Source: Lingula anatina (Eukaryota; Animalia; Brachiopoda). Taken from it: a stretch of DNA of 64,000 nt. Shown piece by piece: positions 11,408-23,359 of the stretch. The first letter of the stretch is position 1. Each line of letters opens with the position of its first letter. Below the pieces are notes generated by a model that was not told the DNA's origin, made no database searches, and saw only the letters and a list, made by a program, of their open reading frames with translations. The position numbers were made by a program, and so were the translations under genes. The DNA is taken from assembly GCA_051362555.1 (NCBI GenBank), contig CM120642.1, positions 5,084,001 through 5,148,000 on the forward strand, given 5' to 3'.

Positions 11408-13131
11408 GGTTGATGATTGAATGTTTGGTAAGTTTTCCTAATTGTAGTGGACCTTTCACCTGAAACATACCAAAAACACTATAATATATCAAGATTTATA
11501 ATGTTCAAAGCAGTTTTTTGAAGTACTTGTTTCTCAAACAATTTTTATTTTCAGCCAAGGATGGAGAAACTCAAAGCTTTATGTGACATTATTTACAAAT
11601 AGTGTGTGTACTACTATATCCAGTATAGTAGCACCAATGCACGCTAGTGCTCGAAAATTTCATTCATCCGAGACAGCTGGGATAAAAAGACTAAAACTTG
11701 GATAAAAAGACTAACTCATTGTCAAATTGGTGAGTGAACCAATACAAAAACACTTGTGAAATAAATACTAAACATCTTATACATAGCGCAGCAGCATATA
11801 GACAGTATGGCCAGAATGAGGATATAAAAACGTCCTTAAAGTCATGTCCATCATTTTACCAAAACCGAACCATAACAAAATATATCGGAACGCAGTTTGA
11901 AAATTAAAATTAAATGACCCGGAACATACGTTACTATTTAGGGCTCTTTGCGTAATGTAAAAGAAAGGATAAAATTAGAATTTGAATTTAAATTGAGACA
12001 GTCGTGGATTTTTGTCCTATACACATATATTTTTTTCAAAAACTGGATACAACTTTGAATTCATTCAATTTTATTTTTTGACACTTCAGCATCTGAAATG
12101 CATTTTTATATTGGGTTTGGGTGTAATATGCTCTAGGCACTTAACGGCTAGGCAGAAAAAAATTACGCAAATCCGGACCAGTTACTTAATTTAATATCAA
12201 ATAAGCTGGAGCCTGGAGGTTTGTAGAGTTACCTGGGAGGACGCTTGTGGACGGTAATTAGTGGTTGTGCACGGTAGAGGACGGTAGCGGTCGGTTGTGC
12301 ACGGTAATTAGGTACATCGACTGGGGATACCTTATTCGACCCGCATTTTACAAAACATTACATGATTAAGTCCAACGTCTTTACTGGTTTACCGCCACTT
12401 CCTGGTAGGTTCCTGCATCCAGCTGCTTACGCTGGAAAATGAATTACTACGCGCAAAAAAATCTTCCAAAATAGTCCCCGCACCGTCTCCCATTCCAACA
12501 GTTCTGACACTGACAAGTAGTGATATTAGATGTGCTTGTAAATTTCTATATCGATTTAACAGGTTTCAAAATGAAAGTGTTAAGAACGCATTAGGTCGTT
12601 CGCGATTGGGCCGTAGCAATAGGTAAGCCCGAAGGTTCAATGGTCCGAATTTTCACTACACATAGAACCTTCAGACCAATGAACCCTTGATTAAAAAAAC
12701 GATGAAAATATTATCATTTTTCGGACCACCGAACCTTAGGACCATCGAGACGCCCCCGTTCGTGATAGAGGCCACCCCGTTTTTCTTTTAGTGTAACGAT
12801 TTTATTAAGGTCTTCTTGAAATTCTGTGCATATATAAACTGACTACTTAAAATATTCAAACAAATAAAACCTCAAATACAAAAACAGCAACAAAATTTGC
12901 ATGTAGACGTTTTTATTATTCTCTGGCTTTAATTTTCTTCCACATACATTAAAATTTGCTTGGCACACCATAAAAAAGAATGACAATTAGTTCACTTATA
13001 TGTACATTGTATATAATAAAACGCATCTGAATGATCCATATAAAAGTGGGAAGTGTTTCGAATCTTTCTAAGGCCTAATTACAACTGAAAAGGATAAAGA
13101 AAAAGAAAATTCTAAAAAATTACATATATAT
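10269..13131. repeat. Segmental duplication partner of 1-5540 (MS4A-like copies B and A)
   Basis: Colinear high identity across introns, exons and upstream region. Similarity ends at ...aaaaaattacatatatatg (about 5541 / 13132). Confidence 0.9.
12607..12757. mobile_element. Short MITE (family shared with 6894-7036), Mutator-like 9-10-bp TSD
   Basis: Same sequence family (gggccgtagcaatag...gaccaatgaacccttgattaaaaaaac...atcgaga(t/c)gccccc). Flanks gttcgcgat (12598-12606) and gttcgtgat (12758-12766). Absent from copy A. Confidence 0.8.
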
Positions 13132-13934
13132 GCAGATGCATGTACTAATAGAAAGAGTAAATGTAAAAAATTATAAATTTTCTATAATGTCAATGGGTTG
13201 TTTCAACACAAAAGTGTTTTATACATACTGTTGATGGAAAGAAGAATATGTGCACATTAAATTTCACAAAACATAGGGCAATGCATCACTAAGTAATCTG
13301 GAATTTTGAGTGGCAATTTATTGTCAGCTCACAGAAGACAATAGTATATACTTAATATTTACATGAATATGCCATGATTTACTATATCTTTTTATCTCAC
13401 CTACAATTATTTCTTCTAGATGAAAACTTAAATGTAATTTGGGTAGGTGACCAGAATTATAATTAGCATACATGTAGATCACTCAATAAATAATAAAAAA
13501 CATTTCATTGATGCACATTAGTGCAGAATTTCTATTTGACTAAATGAGCAAAAATGTTCAATAGCTTGGTTGTTGGATCATAAGTAAAAATTATCAAACA
13601 CAAGCTAAAAAAACTCATACGGTTAGCATTTTCCATCAGACTGATGAAGGCCGTATGTCCAGGTTGGCCGTAAGCTAAGGGTATGAAGGTTTTTCAGCTT
13701 ATGTTTCATAATTGCCATGTATGTTCTATTTGACTAGTTAAACATTCACCCTGATAAAAGAACTCTATCAATGTGTGGTGGTGTTTCCCATTCATACATA
13801 CTACATTGGTCCTTCCTAAGAAAAACTGTTACAGTGATTTTGGTATTGGCAAAAAGACAAGATTTTTTTTTCAAAATAGTAAAGACAAATACTAATAACA
13901 CATGGCAAATATATGGATATTTTTGTGTTCCTAA

Positions 13935-14040
13935 TCATAGTCTTTGTCCTTTGTTTTGTCACGTGGGCATCATCTCACATTCTCATTTCATAGTCTTTGT
14001 CCTTTGTTTTGTCACGTGGGCATCATCTCACATTCTCATT
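13935..14040. repeat. Perfect 53-bp tandem duplication
   Basis: tcatagtctttgtcctttgttttgtcacgtgggcatcatctcacattctcatt x2, followed by an (ATT)n microsatellite at about 14056-14092. Confidence 0.9.
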
Positions 14041-14054
14041 GGTCATGTTATCTC

Positions 14055-14091
<37 letters not shown>

Positions 14092-14907
14092 GATCTTACA
14101 ATTATTATAGTTATTGATAATTATATAGTCGTACATTATACTTGAGTAGCTACAGGTATGCTTCTTCTTCTTTATCACTGTGGTATCTTTTTACAGAAAA
14201 CATGTATTTATAATTTGTGTTCTTTCATTACAAATATACATCTATAAATATACACATCATTATCATCATCATCTTACACACACGCACGCACACACACACA
14301 CACACACACTTCTTTAATTCTAAAACCCTGCATATTTACATACACTACATATGATTTAAGAAAAGCTCTAAAAAATAAAACAATATAAACCCTTCACAAA
14401 GATTATCACAGACTGGGCTGGAATTATGCATCATCACTTTTCACACCTGAGTTTACAGGGAAAAAGTCAAACGGAAGGTGTGCTATGTATACACACACTT
14501 TCACAGCATAAAAAAAAAACATTCAAACAGGTGTTCAGCACTTCAAACTTGGACAATAAACTAATGTCCAAAGCCAGCAGTTTCAGACTTCAACAAAACT
14601 AGTCTCCAAATAGTTGCTCTAATAACTGAAAAAGGTTCTGCTATAATTGTATATACAGTTAGTATTGTAACTTTTTGCTGGAAGTATTGATGTGACAGTC
14701 TTAATTACATACTGTACATTTATTACTGGCATACATTCAATACCTGAAAGCAAATATATAAATGGGATTGCATGTTCTTTTTACACTGAAAATGTTAGAT
14801 TGATTTATCAAAGAGTTTAAGGTATTCTATATAGGATTTTTGCACCAAATTAAATACAAAATTAATTATAATTCAATTAAACTCCGGAGGGGGGGGGGGG
14901 GGGGAAT

Positions 14908-15489
14908 TCAACTTATTCTGGCACTCTCTTGGTAATGCGTGGTTGTGATCATGTTGGTAGTGGCGACGGAGTTTCCAGGGCGTATGTAGTGAACAGTGCC
15001 CCCGCCAGGGATCATCTGCACTTGATGTGTATTTGCGGTGTAGAAGACTTGACCCCCTACTGGAGAGGAGCCGCAGCAGGTGGTACGGCAACACAAAGCA
15101 GCAGAAATGATGGCCACAACAGACTCTACCAGAGAGATAATAATCAGGACAGCATGGATGAAGTTGTGACCCCCAAGCTGAGGCTGCTCGCACTCTTTCT
15201 TGACGGTCCAAATCCAGAAGTAAGAGTTGGTGCAGTGTTCATCTTCTTCCAATGCTGCTCCAATGCTATGAATGACCAGCAAGGGCAAGGAGATTAAACT
15301 GGAAAAGATGGAGAAGATCATGTGGGACACTATCATGGCTGTCTTCTTCTCTCTCCCTACTGCTATGCCTAGACTTCCAGCTATGGTGTAGAAAATGCCT
15401 GCTGTGATTCCCATGCCCACGACACCCAGAGCAGCATCAGAGGCACTTGCAGCAATGCCCAGGATTATGGACATTATTCCAGCAACCAA
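14908..15489 (-). CDS. MS4A/CD20-like gene copy C, last exon (four TM helices, Cys cluster, C-tail)
   Basis: tttcag acceptor; LVAGIMSIILGIA..GMGITAGIFYTIAGSLGIAVG..MIVSHMIFSIFSSLIS..HAVLIIISLVESVVAIISAALCCRTTCC matches the CD20/MS4A four-TM pattern; TGA at 14908. Spliced product is 315 aa. Confidence 0.9.
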   Translation of the reverse strand: MVAGIMSIILGIAASASDAALGVVGMGITAGIFYTIAGSLGIAVGREKKTAMIVSHMIFSIFSSLISLPLLVIHSIGAALEEDEHCTNSYFWIWTVKKECEQPQLGGHNFIHAVLIIISLVESVVAIISAALCCRTTCCGSSPVGGQVFYTANTHQVQMIPGGGTVHYIRPGNSVATTNMITTTHYQESARIS

Positions 15490-15830
15490 CTGAAATAAAA
15501 GACAAATGTTCCAGTTAGTAAATAAATAAGATACTTAAATCTATCTTTGCACAAGGTACCATAAATATAAAAGAAGTAGAACAGACAGACAGCTTGAGGA
15601 ATATTTTTTGACATATATCTTTCGATTTTTATTTTCAGAATCCTGCCCTTATATCATATTCATGTACAGGGGTACTAACAATTATAAGCAATAAATAAAC
15701 CCCTGCAGGCAAATAACCATATTACATACACACACATAAACTCACGCACCAATCAATGCACGCTAAACATGTTGAAAAGTTTAATCTTTGTAATGTACAA
15801 GCTCAGTTTTATTATTATTATTATTATTAC

Positions 15831-16124
15831 CTGTAGAACAGCACACCTCTGAGCTGAGTCACTGGCCCAGCCTGCTCTTTCCCCTGGTCTCACTGGTGGC
15901 GGCTGCCGTGGTTGAGGCTGTTGAATGATCACAACAGGTTGGGTAGGCAAGGCTGGTGTTATCACCTGTTGGCCTTGCATGTAGTAGCCTGTCTGCTGAC
16001 CATATGGCTGTCTGTAATACTGACCACCAAACTGACCCCCATACCCTGGCTGCGGTGGTGGTGGTGGCTGTGGTGGTGGTCCATGCACTGATGCAAATGC
16101 AGGCGGCTGTGCAATAGGTGGGGG
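15831..16124 (-). CDS. MS4A/CD20-like gene copy C, coding exon 2 (Pro/Gln/Gly/Tyr-rich)
   Basis: tatcag acceptor and gtaata donor, 98 codons PPPIAQPPAF...GWASDSAQRCAVLQ, phase 0 on both sides. Confidence 0.88.
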
Positions 16125-16354
16125 CTGATAATTGATAAGATTATATATCAGTTTGGGTACTGGTGCAATGTATATACATATGTTGGTACTTTTGGCTGAA
16201 AAGCTTAAACAAAACAGATACAGTGTATACAGTATATCTTCAACTTACCCATTGTAGTGAAAAGGAAACATGAACTAACTACAGACATACTGACAAGTCC
16301 AATTCTTTTTAAATATCTATACAGTGATTGTCTTCAAAGTGGTTTATTTTTTAC

Positions 16355-16426
16355 CTGGGTATATCCCCCTGCTGAATATGCTGGCGGGTCGTCAGACGGA
16401 CCAGCGGCAGATTTTTCAAATTCCAT
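16355..16426 (-). CDS. MS4A/CD20-like gene copy C, first coding exon (MEFEKSAAGPSDDPPAYSAGGYTQ)
   Basis: aaaATGG start, 24 codons, cag|gtaaaa donor; acceptor tttcag at 16451. Confidence 0.8.
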
Positions 16427-16904
16427 TTTTTTAACTTTAAATATTTGTGTCTGAAATATAGTAAAAATGCATTCGATATTTTTATTTGCATGACAAAAAA
16501 ATTGGAAGCTAAATAAAAAACTAACAAATTGTGTAAATTCATATATGAGCACGCACGCAATCACTAACTCTCTCACGCACCAAGGAGCAGTAACTTTTTT
16601 GACGTTCTTGTAAAACTTTTATAGATCCTATATACAATGGTTTTGAAATATAAACTTGTAATCAATACTGAATTTTGTTAGATCTAGATTGGATTTTGTG
16701 GCATAATAAATCTAATTACGTCATTCACGTTAAATTTTTTTCTCATTCTCAAGGTTAGGATAAGCTTAATAAATGTTGTTAATTTAGACTTCAGAAATTT
16801 AGCAGCAATACAGAACTTTATCTTTTGAAAAAAAAACCTACAAATAAAAGTATAAACAACTGACAGCATGTAGTAAATTTGCGTTTTTTGATGTTGAAAA
16901 TTAC

Positions 16905-16970
16905 CTTCCTTCTTCTTATTCCGCCATATTGTTTATCTTCACAACAGCCTCTTTACTTCCTCAAAAGTAA
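16905..16970 (-). promoter_or_regulatory. Putative promoter and non-coding first exon of MS4A-like copy C
   Basis: aag|gtaatt donor at 16905/16904, YY1-like ccgccatatt (16921-16930) and ETS-like acttcct (about 16956). Confidence 0.45.
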
Positions 16971-17543
16971 ATACTCCAAGTAAAATAATAACACACACAC
17001 AATTATAATGATTCATAAGCGTTAATTACTTTTCAGATATGAATATGTATACAGTTTATTGCAAAATATATATGCTTTGGTCTTCTTATTGTTTCAACAA
17101 AATATGGATGAATACACATTATCTCGCACTACTTCCAGATTGCGTCACACATGGCAAAACTAGGGCCCTCTTTCGGTGAAATTCTGCACTAGCCTAGAAG
17201 ACGAATGTGCTTTTCGAGAGAAATCGTTTTCTGTAATTTTATGAGGTATCTTTTTAAAATGTGTTTGTTACTGCTCATTCAATCCGTTTTGTCGTCTGCT
17301 TGAGCTTAACATCATGATAGGGCCTACTCAAAATGTGATTTTTCTTCTGACAGTTACATTTCCAGGTGTTTTCCATAATATTTATATTTTAAAAACGTAC
17401 AGTGAGCGATGACTGTGTATGTTTAGAGTTTATACATTATCTTATGCTTAGATAAATCATAGAATGATGCCATTGGACTTAGCTGCAGGATAATAAGATA
17501 AAGATTAATCTGTGGCGTCATGAGACCCGTTTCAGACGGGACC

Positions 17544-17570
17544 TGACGTCATAAATAGACAATGACGTCA
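17544..17570. promoter_or_regulatory. Pair of perfect CRE palindromes (TGACGTCA)
   Basis: TGACGTCA at 17544-17551 and 17563-17570 in a CpG-richer patch ~600 bp upstream of copy C; function inferred. Confidence 0.4.
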
Positions 17571-18673
17571 CTGTGGTGACTCCCTTCATCCGGTAACCGA
17601 GTGATGCGTTGATTTATAATTTCCAAAAGTTTTGTGACATTTTTTTTTTCGTGCAATGGCTAACGTATTCACAAGAAAACATCGCTGGCCGCGTAATACA
17701 ACTTTTAAGGATTTTCGAGGTCATTTCGAAGTGGAGAGGGAGGCTTTGCGAATTCTATCTCCAACGAGGCGTCAGAACCCTCATCCTATAGGGCTGAAGA
17801 TACAGAGCCCATACAACAGGGAACATGCGGTAGTGGCATTTCATCTGCTTGAATACTGTTGAATAGGTGTATCAAAATTTTATTCTTTCTTTCTTTCTTT
17901 CTTTTTTTCTTTCTTTCTTTCTTTATTTATTGATAAAGATAACACGAATTTCATAGAATTTTGCTTACCTGTAAAAAATTAATCCAGCAATAGTGCGTAT
18001 AGAGACGCGAGAAACGATTATAGGCCTTTACCGGGGGGTAACTTATTGCATGGTCTGAATCCATCTATTCATTGCCCCCCCCCCCCCCCCCTTTGTATGA
18101 GTGTGTGAGTGTGTGCGTGTGCAATTACCATATTATTACACTTATAACGATAACATGTAAACGATAACACCTTCAGATCTTTGATATTTGGAACCCCGAC
18201 CCACATCGTATAAAAGTGCGACTACCGGAAATGGAGAAGCATACAGGTAAATATCTCGGATGGCTGACAACCTTCTTACATGTAGCTGACCAGAAGTTCA
18301 TGCACAGCATGCACAGCTTACCAGAATCTGAGAAGATGATTCTTTACAACATTTTTGCCACTGAAACTTTTTTAATCTACTTTAATATTCGGGGGGAAGG
18401 GGCTGAAAAAAATATCAAGAGGGTGCTTGGATTTGTTCAGATTAAGATATAAACATAAGTAAATGCAAACAGTTTTGAGTAAAAGCTGTTCTTGTGAAAT
18501 TAGAGGTTGGTAGGTTTACAGGGGCAGCTTTGTGGAGAACAGCATGACCCAAAAAAGTAGTCTTAATGTCACAAACAAAATATTTTTCGTAGGTTCTGAT
18601 TCTATTTATATGTCGAAAGTGTTGAAATATAGTCTCTTCAAAACATCAAGAATGTATTACCAAGGGTGTTCAT

Positions 18674-18715
<42 letters not shown>

Positions 18716-21136
18716 CAGAATTGGTCCTAAAAAGAATGTGCCCTGAAATGGATAACATGCATGAAATCACGTTTTGAAACATTTCCTTACAGCGCGAGTC
18801 AACTTCACTTCTGGGACAATCCTGCCTTCAGCAAAAAGCAAAGGTAAGATGGCACAGATTATATAGTGTCAGTTTGGCAAGGTAGCTGGTAAACCTGTAT
18901 AAAGATATGCAAATATAATGCCGACTTCAAATAAATAGATAAATAAATACCTTCATATTTTTGATTGGTGCGCGCATTATCATTTAACATAAACGAAAAA
19001 TGAAATAGAAATTGGAAGTGTTTTTGTTGAATAATTAATTTTTCCATTTCAACAGCAACTTGCTGATCTGATATTTCCCGTAATTATTTTCCTGATAAAA
19101 CTGGCACCAGAGAGATACACAAGGGCCTTTTTTCAAAACTATATGGCAATTTGCCTGTCTAGATATTTGTCACAGAACCTGAAACCCAAGAATTCTTATG
19201 ACGCCAATAACGGTTGGTTTCAGGTCGTCCTCCTAATGTGCAGTTTACCATTAACTCAATCTCCCGCATTAGCTACCAGGATCCTGCCAATAACCCTCTG
19301 GAGGCCCAGTTCAGGCACATGAAACCGCCCATTACCAGGTTCGGCAAGACGCCAGCAAAGCCAGGGATCGGAATAGGTCCGTATGCTGCTTTTATTTTGG
19401 TTAACCTAAAATAAATTTTGATTAATTTGTTATAGTTGTACTTTTTTTGTCTTTGATTGCATGCTGCATTAGGAAGGTTCAGAAACAGGAAAGGAGTGAC
19501 TCCAACTGTGCTGGGGACAAATGTATATTTCGTTTTATAACGGCTTGAAGAAACTGAGTTTTATTGCTTTAGTGTCTTTCTCATTTCAGTACCGACCGCT
19601 CTACCGCCTCTGTCCACACCTGTTGAACACAACGTATAGGACGACAATTTAAACATTATAAGACTATTTCTCATTAGACTGTATTCAACACCCCCCCCCC
19701 CCCCCAATAATCACGGTTTTGTTGAGCAGAGAAAAAATCTGTGTGATTTAAAATAGTCAGGAATAAAGACAACCATGTGAATATAGCACATATTTGTAAA
19801 CATCATTGAAAATTTGTCACATTTATCTTCTATTACGAAATGTTACGATCAGCATGTTTATTTTCGTTGTTGGACTGATTAAGTACGTATGTTTATAGTT
19901 TTGCGTGCAAACACATTGACTACCTGAAGCGCTTCCTCAGTATAATTGACGCGCGCCCCTAAAGAGACCATTCGGGGAATATGGTTCGGGAAAATCGGGT
20001 TTTTTTCTTGGAATGAGAGCCTTTACTAATGTCCCAAGGCGCGGCGCCCTCCTTACAGATAATATGAAATCACCACACCTGTTCAAAATTGCATCATCAT
20101 TACGCGACGTGAAATGCAGCGACTACACACAGGTAAACAGTACACTGCGTCAGGTCAAGATAAGTGTTGTGTAAATTTTCAAAGTATTTTTGAGTTTAAA
20201 ACCCGACCGAGTAATGTTTGGTATGAGCTTTTAATAATGATAATGGACGTGTTCCGAAAGTCCATGCACCGTCCCTTTAAACGTGAATAATGACACCACA
20301 GAAATAGATTCCAATTTATTTTATAGCTCTTAGAAGTCACATTATGCAAAGTTCGGGTGATAATCAAGATAACTTATTTCACAGTCCTTGTCAATTTTTA
20401 TGCGTCTCCACACAATTTCACGGATCTTGGAGCTCACAAAGTTGTTTTCGTCACATAAGCATAGTCAGGAGAATTGGAGAAAACTACCAAGAATCTTTCT
20501 TAACCCAATTCAAAGAGATCAATAGAAAAGGGTAACAACATTAAACTCTATTTATGGCACATAAAGTAAATTATCTAGCTGGCAATCTTCCAACAAGTGA
20601 CAAAAAGCTGTGTGAATCTTCTGAAAAATATAACGTTTCGTCAATTTGTCTAAAAACGACCCTCGCTTGTAGCCCTTGGGACAAACGGACACGTGGCATT
20701 GCATGTTCCATTTTACGCCGAGAAACTTATAGTAAAAACACGTCAGAAGTACCCTGTTCCGAAATTAAAAGGCGGGAATACGGAAAACGTTGAACTCTTT
20801 TTTTTTTTTTAATTCTGAAGTGATACTCCCTAGCCTACCAATTCAGTCCTGATATGGAAAGTCATCATTGGTCAAATTTAGTTTTATTAAAGGTAATTAT
20901 GAGCGTGAAATATGGACTTTGATCGCACTTCTGATAGTATTCGAGTGGTGAATAATGTCGAGGGCACCTAGCGTTCAATTTATTTATCCAAATGCCTTTC
21001 CCGGATCGATTTATAAATATCAGAAGTATTTACCGTAATCACGATGAAAACAAATTTAACGTCGGAAAAAAGGCAGGTGCATCTTTTTGCACAAAAAGAA
21101 AATGTTCGATATGAATTTCTCGGGCTTAAATTAGAT

Positions 21137-21267
21137 TGAATGGCCTTTGGTGCTTGTTTTATCTTGTTTCTGTCATTTCTGAATTACACATATTCATCGA
21201 TGCCACTGAATGGCCTTTGGTGCCTCTTTTATCTTGATTTTGTCAATTCTCAGTTACATATATTAAT
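21137..21267. repeat. Diverged 70-bp-period direct duplication
   Basis: tgaatggcctttggtgc...ttttatcttg...tgtca.ttct...ttaca.atatt.at at 21137 and 21207. Confidence 0.75.
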
Positions 21268-22965
21268 AAATGCCTGTAATAAATGTCGTGACTGTTCTCC
21301 CACGCTGACATTAAAAACCTTGAAAAACAAGATTTAGTGATAACTGTACTTACACGCCATTTTTGCCAGAATCATTTTATCCAAGTGTACATACGTGTAC
21401 TTTCTAAATTCATGCACATTTCAAGAATTTTTAACGAGCTTTCCCAAGGAAATATTTTACACTAGTCAAAAACGAAGGGAGGCCAAACACTTTTTATATG
21501 ACAATAATGATATGGCTAGGTAATCACCATGGGTTAATCTCGCAGTATTATACTTTCTAAAACATACCATCTTAAAAGGCTCTGGATAGAATTAATAAGC
21601 TACTACTTTTGATTGTTTGATAGCACGAAGAAATATGATGGAGTCAGAGACAATCCACATATTACTGGATTTTTGTTTCATGATTTTTTATAACCCTAGG
21701 AAAATAGTTGACCTGTACCTCCAAAGTTTTTATTTTGACAAGTTGATAAATCGCATGGATGACATGTGAAGGAAGCAAAACGACAATGAACTAATTATAT
21801 TTCATGGTCTCTCCATTTTATCGACTGTACATAAGAGGTTCCTTTTTCCTTTTCTCGATATCCTTTCCACCATATCAATTAAAATCTATTTCTGAAAACC
21901 TTCTGAACCAATCTGTTCACAACAACAGTTTTTAATTATTTTATTGGCCTATAAGGAATAATCATCTGCCCGGTCTATATAAACTACACTGGGGGGAATT
22001 GATGTGAAGATGTTTTACGTCTGTTGGAACATGTAATAATTAAATGAATAATTAGATACAAATAACATAAGAAATGTGGATGTCTCTTATTCAAGGTAAT
22101 TTGGACTGTGTCTTTTGCTGTTTGTGGAAAATATTTCAACATTGTTGTATATAGAATAAGAATCTTATCTCTTAGATTCCGTCAGGCCATAAAATGAACG
22201 CCATCAATTCCAAAGAAAACTGCTCCCACGATACATTTTCCGGGAAAAACTTGAGAGACATATATCGTCCTTTTAAATATAACATCATTATGAATCACAT
22301 GTTGGCAGTGACACGCACAGAATTGATTTATCACAAAGGACACTACTTAGAAATGCCAATTTTGGAACAGGTTGTTCACGATACTATAGGGATATGCGAA
22401 GAAATATAATTAAGCCGCCAAGATCAATATGTTTCGCTTTTTTAAACAAAAATGGGTTTAAAAGGTACCTGAAAAATTCTGGCAAATCTTTATGATTGAT
22501 GATGATGAAATCCATTAATCTCAAAAGAGAGGTCGTATACAAAGGTCTATTTATTAAAGTTAGAATGTGCCCTTATGATCTATTCTTAATATGACTTTTT
22601 TTTTCAATTAAATTCAATTTTCAATGATATAAATTTCACAGTGAAATCAATTTGTTTTTAATATTTTACGTCACAAAGATTATCATATGTACTGTACTTG
22701 TAATATGAATCGGAAACAAATAAGAATAAAAATGACGACTACTACAGACAAGATAAAGTTTGCCAGACTATTCCTCAGTATTACAAAGAGCTTATATTAT
22801 TTCACATAAAATGCGCCATAAAAGACCATATAGTGAATTAAAGTTACTTATACCTGCGTGCGTATGACTCCTGGTCTGCTCAGACAGAGATATTTTGCAC
22901 CGGATATGGGCCTTAGTTCCGTCTTCAGGCGACCCCTTTGATTAAGCAAGGATTAGCAAGTCACT

Positions 22966-23208
22966 GGGTCCTGACTTACAAAGGATTGTTAGCCCAAAAA
23001 CTGGTCTAAACTTTTAGACCAAAAATTGAAGTCTATTGCAACCCTAGATAAACCAGAAGCTGTCCATTTTTTATATAATAAAGACATTGTGTTTCAGATC
23101 CAGTCTTGTTTTAATTATGTACACAAGAATGGATTTATTTTCAACTGAAACAGACCATATTTTTGGACTTAAATTTTAGCCCAGTTTTTAGTGCTATAGC
23201 TCTTGTTA
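22966..23208. mobile_element. Old MITE-like inverted-repeat element (related sequence at about 46340-46900)
   Basis: aaaaactggtctaaacttttagaccaaaaat pairs with atttttggacttaaattttagcccagttttt. Its start gggtcctg..t.acaaa also occurs at 46340. Confidence 0.5.
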
Positions 23209-23210
23209 AA

Positions 23211-23359
23211 CCGATGGACGAGGCAGAGAGTCCCCCATTCATTTGTACAGGTAAGCCTCGTCTTAGATTTTGACCTACTTAGGTCTGGCTAACCCTAACC
23301 ATTGTAACTAATGGAGAGCGGACTTTCTGTTACACAGACCCTCAGTTTTGTTACACCGG
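23211..23359. mobile_element. MITE with internal ctaaccctaacc (family shared with 63733-63903)
   Basis: Long near-identity to 63746-63903 (cattcatttgtacaggta..tagattttgacc..ggctaaccctaaccatt..ggactttctgt..gaccctcagttt.gtta.accgg). Confidence 0.8.
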
